Shown here piece after piece: positions 56,754-64,000 of a DNA stretch of 64,000 bases. Source of the stretch: Cyanophora paradoxa CCMP329 (Eukaryota; Plantae; Glaucophyta); the NCBI GenBank assembly GCA_004431415.1, contig QPMI01000647.1, forward strand, positions 1 to 64,000. Direction: 5' to 3'. Both the position numbers and the translations under genes were made by a program. Every line of letters begins with the position of its first letter. Within the stretch, counting starts at the first letter, position 1. The notes below the pieces were generated by a model, which worked only from the letters and a program-made list of their open reading frames with translations, was not told where the DNA came from and ran no database searches.

Positions 56754-59700
56754 AAGGACCTAAAGCGCCCTCCTCCTTCCCACTCAGTCACCTCCTGGGG
56801 CCGCCACTGGGCCTCGTAGCCGCCCTCGACCTCCCTCCCGAAGTCCGCGCGGGGCACCACCTGCCAACCCCGCCGCCCATCAGGCCCGAACGCGTGAGAA
56901 AACACTACAACGCCTTTAAAGAGGCGAGATCATGCGTGATAAAACACTACACCCTTATGTTTCCAGATCTATAAGATCGTGTACTAGCTTCGCACGCCTC
57001 CATGGGGATTCGCTCCATGGAGATCTATAAGATCTATATGAGATCTGCTCCAGATCTGCTCTTTATGATCTCTTTCTAACGATCTCTTAAATGAATAAGA
57101 TGTAAGAATGAATAAGGTCCTTGGGACTAGTACTCGCCTCCATGGAGTGGTGGGAGGATGCGTCTGCGGCCGTCACGCGCGCCGCGAGCCGCCCAAGGTC
57201 CGCCTGCGAGTACAAAGGAGGAGGAGGGGTCAGGCGAGGTAGAAGAAGGGACCGGGCAGGGCAGGGGGGACAGCAGAAGGCGTGGCGTGGCACCTAGATC
57301 TTAGATCTTAGATCCTCAAGAGTATAAGGGCGGGGGAGCGGTCACCTTGGCGGGGCGGGCGTTGCGGAACTTGTCGCGGCACACGAAGGGCACGCGGAGG
57401 AGCTCCCCCGCCCCGCACTCCGCAGGCCCCTCTGCCGACCGGAGAGCGAGCGAGGGACGGCGATCAGCGAGGCAGCTTCTTCCTTTTCGCACGCCGAACG
57501 AGGACGAGGGGGCAGGAGGGCGGGTGGGGGCAGGAGGGCGGGTGGGGGGAGGGGGGGGGGGTATGGGGGGCCTTCTTCTGCGCTCGTAAGAGGCACACGA
57601 CATCTAGAATCCTTCTTCAAAGGAACCGATCGAAGAAACAGGTTCCTAGATTCGAATCGAATTTGCGGACCGAGGGCGAGGGCGCAGGAGGGCGGGTGCA
57701 GCGCGTCGGCCTCGACGGCGAAGCGGTGCGGGCCGTCGGGCACCGCCTCGCCCTCCACCCGCACCGCCATCTCGTACTCCCCGGCCTGCAGGCCAGAAAG
57801 CAAGCTCAGAAACGGGCGACGCGTTCCTTGGTAGGGAGGAGGTCTTAAGCTCGCTCGCGCAGCAAGTGGCGCGATGAAAGGCGCGTTGCTAAGAGACTCT
57901 ATTTGCGGGGCCGCCGTTAGTCATCGGATATATATACTTCCGGCGTGCTTGCAGAGCAGCGCGACGCTTAGGAAGGCTTCGGAGCGGCGGCGGGCCCCGG
58001 GCGGGGCGCACGGCGGTGGTGAGGATGCGGAGGGCGTAGGCGCCGGCCTCGCCGGGGATCCCCTCCACGTCGACCTTGGCGTCCCCCGGGCCCGTCACCG
58101 TCACCTGAGAAGAGAGAGAGTCAGAAGAGAAAGAGGGAAAGAAAGGGTTCTGAAGCCTAGGAAGACATCATTTCGTTTCACAGAGGCTCTACTTCTACGG
58201 GTTTCCCGCACGCACCTCGATGGAGTCTGCGTCGACCATGGGCGGCCGCGCGTTCCCGCACACGTCCCGCACCTGCCGACAACGTGCGTGCGTGAGGGGA
58301 CGGAAGCGCGAGGCCGGGATCAAGGGTGAGGGGGCCGGGCGAGATCGAGAGCGCGGGAGCGCTCTAGGTGCGCTCTAGGCGCTCCGGATCCAGGCAACCC
58401 CGCGGTGCAGCACCGCGAGCGCGCTGTACGCGCTCCAGGCGACCGTGCGCACCGCGACGGCGGCGGAGACGGTCTGCCCGGCCACCGTCCGCGCCGCCGG
58501 CAGCGACGAGAGCGACGAGCGCGACGCGTTCGCGCGCCCTGCGGGAAAGAAGGTGAGAGAGGGAGCGAGGAAGGAAGGAGGGTGGATGGAGGGAGGGAGG
58601 CGAGGACCCGCGTGGACGGCCATCCATAAGCGGCTTAGGTGTGGCGGTGGAGTTTAGGCTAGGCTGTGCCCGGCAGGCACGCGTGCCTGGCACGCGTTGC
58701 GGTGTCCTTTATCTATCAACTCTAACCGTCCCGGGCGGCCGGCGTCTCTAGGAAAGACGATGGAGGATGGAAGGGGGAAGGAGGGGGGCGCCCCGCGCGC
58801 ACCCGGGTGGACGGCCCAGGGGATGGAGGCGCCGCCCTCCAGCCCGATCGTGTGGGGGCCCACCTGCGGCCGAGCAACGAGATTCAAGCCAAGTCGAGAT
58901 CCGGGCTCCAGCGCGAAGGGCGCGAAGCGGGCGAAGGCTTAGATTCAAAGGCTCAGATTCGATCCGCCTCGCCCGCACCTGCTTGGGGGTCCACTCGCCG
59001 AGGAGGACGAAGCCGGCGGCGCGCTGCAGCGGCACCCGCTGCGGCGCCGACCCCGCCGCCTGCCCCCGACCAAGGCGCCAGCGGGCGTCAGCTGGAGGCG
59101 GGCGGGCGCCGATGGCGCGGCGCTCGAGCGCCGCTCGAAACGGCTCGCTCGCTCGCGGCTTCGAGGCGGAGCGGCGCTAGCTGTTCTAAAGCCCCCTCGA
59201 GTTCTGCTCTAAATGGCGTGTTCTTAAGGGCTGCTCCAAAGGTCTCGCTCGCTCGCCGTCAGCTGGAGGCGGCGCTGGAGCGCAAGGCTCGCTCGCTCGC
59301 GGCTCAGAGGCGGAGCGGCGCTAGCTGTTCTAAGCCTAAAGGCGGGCGAGCGCCGATGGCGTGGCGCTGAAGCGCAAGGCAGAGGCGGAGCGGCGCTGTT
59401 CTAGAGGGCACGCTAGCTGTTCTAAAGGGCACGCTAGCTGTTCTAAGCCCGCCTGGGAGGGCGCCGCTCTAAGGGGCGCGCTCGCCCGTGCGTAGATCTA
59501 GAGGCGAAGCGGCGCTGTTATAAAGAAAGCGCCGCTCTTAGGGGCGCGCTCGCCTGGGCGTAGATCTAGAGGCGAAGCGGCGCCGCTCTAGAGGACCCGC
59601 TAGCTGCTCTTAAGCCCCCTTACGTTCTGATTTAAATGGCGTGTTCTAAAGGGCTGCTCCAAAGGTCTCGCTCGCCTGGGCGTAGATCTAGAGGCGAAGC

Positions 59701-62700
59701 GGCGCTGTTCTAAAGGGCTGTTCTAAGTTCCCGTTAGGACGTGTTCTAAAGAAAGGGGCACTCTAAGCGGCGGGCTCGCCTGGGCGTAGAGGCGGAGCGC
59801 GTTCTCGTCGCCCAGGCCCTCCCGCCCGTTCCCGAACCGGTCGAAGCACCCCACCGAGATCTGAGGCCGAATCGTGAACAAGAGATAGGGAGGGAGGATG
59901 GGAAGGGGGCAGGGGAGCAGACCTTGAGGGGCTCGCCGGCCCAGGAGGCGCCCCCGCCGTCGCCGGCCGTGACGCGGCACGCCGCCGGGTCCAGCGCCCC
60001 TGCGAGCCGAAACAAATCCCATCGCGCAAGTTAAAATTATCGAGTAGTAGTCTTAGCTAGACTGATTAGTTAGAGTAGAAGCTAAGACTCTTCTCCTTCT
60101 TCTTATTCTTAGTCTGCTTCGTTCGCACCGGGGCGGACGAGGACGCGGAAGAGGGCGCCGGGGACCTGGATGGCGTCCACGCCGGATCCCACCTTCACCG
60201 AGAACTGCGAACGAAGTGAGGGGTAGAGGAGGAGGAGAAGGAGAGGGGGGGTACCTCGAAGCCCTCGGGGTCGACGCGCTCCGGGGTGCAGGAGACGCGG
60301 TACAGCGCCGGCGTGTCCGGGATCTTCTCGACCTACGAAAGGAAGAAGCTAAGATAGATAGATAGAAAGACGTAGAGGAACGGAGAAGGCTGGCCTTGGC
60401 CTTGAGGGCGACGGCGCCGGAGCCGGGTCCCCCCAAAGGCCGCAGCTCGGCGGCGAGGAGGGCGGCGTCGTCGAAGCCGGCGCGCGCGTTCCCGTACTTG
60501 TCCCGCACCTGCCCCCGTGGCGTAAGTGAGGGGGGTGGAGGGATGGAGGCGGGGGGCAGGGAGAGGCGGGCGGAGCGGGGCGGAGGCGATTTAGAACCAA
60601 AACTAAACAAAACTGAGCTAAACTCCCTAAACAGCGGGAGGGGTACGGCGGACCTCGACGACGCAGGCGAGCTCGGCGGCGGCCTCGGCCTCCGCCGGCG
60701 CCGCCTCCTTCACCCGGCAGTGCGGCCCGTACGGCAGCGCTGCGGGGCAGGGCGCGGCCCGCTCAGCTTTGCTAGGCTCAGCCTTGGTTGGAGGGTGGGT
60801 TGGGCACCGGCGCCGACGGGGAGCTGGAGGGGGGATCCGCCGGCCGCCTTCTTGTCGATCTCGACGTTGACGGTGTACTGCCCCGCCCGCTCCGGCACGA
60901 ACCTGCGGGCCGGGTCGTCAGGACCCCCCAGGGAAGGCCGGGAAGGCCCTACAGAACCCTCCCTGTGCCCCTCTTCCAGGGGGAAGGGCCGGGGGGGAGG
61001 GCGGGGGAGGGGGGTACGGGCGCACATGATGCCGTAGACGCCGTCGCCGCCGTCCGCGAGCTCCGACGGCACCGCGTTGTCCTGCCGGGGGCAAGGGTGG
61101 CTTAGGGGAGCCCGCCGGGCCGGCCGGCTGGGATCTAAGCAGCAGACGGGGCAGGGCGGGGCGGGGCGGGGCGGGGCGGGGCGAGGGTGGGGCGGGGGTG
61201 GGGCGGGGCGTGGGCGTGGCCCGCCGAGAGGGAAATAGAGCTTGACGCGACCAGAAGCTAAGGGCGGGGCGGGGCCGGGGGCGGGGCCGGGGGCGAGGGC
61301 GGACGGAGGGCCCGAAGACGGTGGCCTGGATGAGCGGCGCGTCGGCCCCCGTCGGCCGCCGGTTCCCGTACTCGTCCCGGCACTGCCGCGCGCGGGGAGG
61401 AAGGAAAGGGTCAGTTTGGGGAAGCGGTTGGGTTCACAGCTGAGAAGTTCGATACGAAATTCTAGAGTTTCTGAAATGGATTTTATAAAAGCTTCTTCTT
61501 CTTATGCTCTTGGAGCCCGCGGAACGGCCCCGCTGTGCTCCTTAAAAGCTCTATAAGTAGTTCTACAGTTCATTACTTAGTTCTTGGTTCTGGCGCGGCG
61601 CGTCGCGGGGGCGCGGGGACGCACCTGGAGGATTGCGCGGTTGGGCTCCCCCGCCGTCCTGGCCCCCGTCGGGGACGTCTCCAGCGTCGACTTCCCCGCG
61701 CTCACGGGGCCTGCGCGGGGAGGGAAGAGGCGCTGCTGTTTCGCTTCTAGAAGGGAAAGAGGGGGAGAAGGGGGAAGAGGAAAGGAGAGGAAGGGGCTCG
61801 GGGGGCGGCTCTGTTAGCTTTAGGTTAACCCCCCAAGGAGAGGAAAGGGCTCAGGGAAAGCTTCTTGCTTATACACTCGTTCGCTCGAACTTGGGCTAAG
61901 CTCGGGGGGCGGGCGCACCCGGGGCGATCTCGAGAGCGGCGGGGCTCCCCGCGACCGGCTCCCCCTTGGCCGTCGCGTGCACCTCGTACTTCGCCGCCAC
62001 CTGCCCGGGAAGGCTCTCAGATAGGTCTCTAAAAGTAGAGGCCGCGCAGGTAGCCCTGGGCCACACGGACCGTGGCGGCGAAGGAGACGGCGTACTCGCC
62101 CTCGGGCCCCGCCTCCACCTTCCGGGGGGGGCGACGGTCAGTAAGAGAGTAAAAGGAAGGAAGGCTCTGAAGGCTTCGGAACGCGGAGAGATTTAACGCG
62201 AAGGAGAAAGGTTTCGGGGTGGGGACGAAGGTCAGAAGGTCTTTATAGAGCGGAAAGGAATGCTGAAGGCTTCTTAGGACCTCAGAAGGTCCTCCGACGT
62301 GGGGAAGGAATGCTGAAGGCTTCGGAAAGCGGGGGCCCGGCCCACCTTGACGTCGGAGGGGCGGATCTCGACGGCCGCCCCTCCGGTCGCCGCGCCCGCC
62401 ACGCGCACCGCCAGCAGGCCCGCGTCCGCGCCCTGGCGGGGGCGGGGGCGCGATCAGATCGGACTCCGATAGAAGAGAGAGGAAGTTGGAGCTAAGGGCC
62501 CGGCGCGGGATGGGGATCGGACCTTGGGGCGGGGGTTCCCGCTCCCGTCCCGCATCTTGACCACCGCCCGCACGGGCTCCGGCCCGCACTGCGCCCCCGC
62601 CCGAAATCAGAGATTTCCGAAGGAAATATATCGAATTCTCCTCCTCCTCCGGACCTGGCGGGGCGCCCCCGGGGCGAGGCCGGGGACGGGTACGAGCTCC

Positions 62701-64000
62701 AGCGTCGACGCCGCCGGGTCCAGCGCCGCCGGCTTGACCTGGTGGGGGGGGGGGAATAAGGGGGGTAGGAGGAGGGGGAGGGGTAGGGGGAGAGAGAGAG
62801 GACCTTCCACTTGATCGGAGTACCCGCCAGCGGGCCCTTCCCCGCGATGGCGACCATGATCTTGTACTCCCCCGTCGTGTCCAGCTCCAGCGGGATCTCG
62901 TACCTGCGGGGGGAGGGGTACGGTAAAAATCACGAAGAAAAGCAGCCGAGAGCTATGCTGAGGGCGTACAGGGCCTTCTCGAGCGGGACGGCCTTGGGGT
63001 GCCCCCCCTTGTTCTCTCCCGGACCCTCCAGCGAGACCTGCGAACGAAGGGCGCTCGGTTCGAGCAGGTGGGGGGGAAGGAGATCGGGGGGTACGCGCCT
63101 CGATCTCGTCAGCGTCGCCGCCGGCCTCGCGGGGGTTGCCGTACGCGTCGCAGACCGTCAGCTTGAGAGCGAACTACGGTAGAGTTCAGAAGAGAAGAAG
63201 AGAGAAGAGTTGAGAAGAGAAGAAGAAGAAGAGATGAGCGGGCCTTGTCGCCGGCCTCAGAGTCCTTTCGGCCGCCTGCGTCCACCTTCGTCTTGTTCGG
63301 GTCGGGCGGCCCCGGGACGACCATAGCGCGGAACGGCGAGCCCGGCACCGCCTCCCGGGCGACCTAAAGAAGAAGAAGAAGACGTTAAGAAGGGAAAGGG
63401 GAAGAAGGGCGGGGTACAGTGCAGACCTCGACGTGGAGCGCGTACTCCCCCGCCGCCTGCGGGGCCGCCGAGAGCTCGTACGCCCCCGGCTCCTCCTTGA
63501 TCGGCTTCACCTGAGGCGCGCCAAGCCTGAGCTCGAGAAGGGGGGTACGGGAAGGGTCCGGGGGGAGGCGTACATTGACGGGGACCTCCGGGGCCTTCAC
63601 GTTGCCGTGGGACTCGCCCACGAGCCGCGCCACGAACTGCGTACGTACCCCTCAGACGGGGAAGAAGAAGGAGGGGGAGGGATGGAGGGGGGTACAGGGC
63701 ACCTGGCTGGAGTCGTCGAACCCGGGGCCTCGCAGGTTTCCGAAGAGGTCCCGGGCAAGCAGGGCCCAGGAGAGGGGCTGCCCGGCCGGCGCCGCCCCCT
63801 CCGGCGGGCCCCGCAGCAGCGAGCACGAGGTGCCCACGGGCGGTCCCGGGTAGATCCGGATAGGCAGCGGGCAGTCCTGGATCTACCCGCCGATCCGATC
63901 AGGTTCGAGGCCGGCGCGGCATTAGGAAGGCGCGGGTTCGAACCAGGGCGGCGTCCTTTCCGAAGCGGATCTCGAGGTCGTAGTCGCCCGCAGCGCGCAG
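48289..64000 (-). CDS. Giant host filamin/Ig-like repeat protein with a possible vWA-like C-terminal domain; 5' end beyond window
   Basis: Repeated (V/A)RDxxGNxR, GxYxxxV and GSPFxxxVxPGP filamin motifs (VRDKYGNAR, GQYTVNVEIDKKAAGGSPL, VPGSPFRAMVVPGP) over dozens of short exons. C-terminal CVL/VLLSDG...FHIIA. Confidence 0.85.
51978..52016 (+). repeat. (CAGAT)n pentanucleotide microsatellite in an intron
   Basis: Directly visible. Confidence 0.85.
56602..56750 (+). repeat. Poly-C tract and (CT)n microsatellite in an intron
   Basis: About 28 C at 56602 and about 25 CT units at 56700. Confidence 0.9.

Noticed and set aside
11400-64000. The many overlapping Arg/Gly/Pro/Ala-rich ORFs in GC-rich regions
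   Set aside because: Artefacts of stop-codon scarcity at very high GC; the real genes are spliced.
1-64000. rRNA/tRNA genes and host species assignment
   Set aside because: No recognisable structural RNA genes. The host cannot be named reliably from sequence style alone.

Overview
This is a eukaryotic (protist-type) genomic window. The host DNA is very GC-rich with many short introns, and two AT-rich, intron-free endogenous DNA-virus elements are embedded in it. (1) 1-~10.7 kb is the right part of a Polinton-like-virus/virophage-type element that runs off the left edge. It carries two divergent minor capsid (penton) genes, a patatin phospholipase, a ~1,000-aa mosaic phage-tail-fibre-like protein, three paralogous fibres with a shared N-terminus and different heads (one is C1q, followed by a phage-type partner gene), and an HNH-AP2 protein. 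(2) 19826-31353 is a complete 11.5-kb Polinton/Maverick-like element with 404-bp TIRs (AG...CT) and a 5-bp target-site duplication (CCGGC). It encodes an rve integrase, a PolB-SF1 helicase-HNH fusion, a penton, a double-jelly-roll major capsid protein and an A32-type packaging ATPase; no protease was recognised. It inserted into one of three truncated tandem copies of the 3' end of a giant filamin-repeat host gene (48.3 kb to beyond 64 kb). The uninterrupted copies act as empty-site controls. Other host genes encode ankyrin-repeat proteins, an F-box/LRR protein and a DOT1-like methyltransferase. Many viral ORFs are split by single-base indels, mostly in short homopolymers, which are most likely assembly errors. 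Most ORFs listed in the GC-rich regions are spurious. Family assignments come from motif recognition by eye, not from database searches. Host gene boundaries are approximate.
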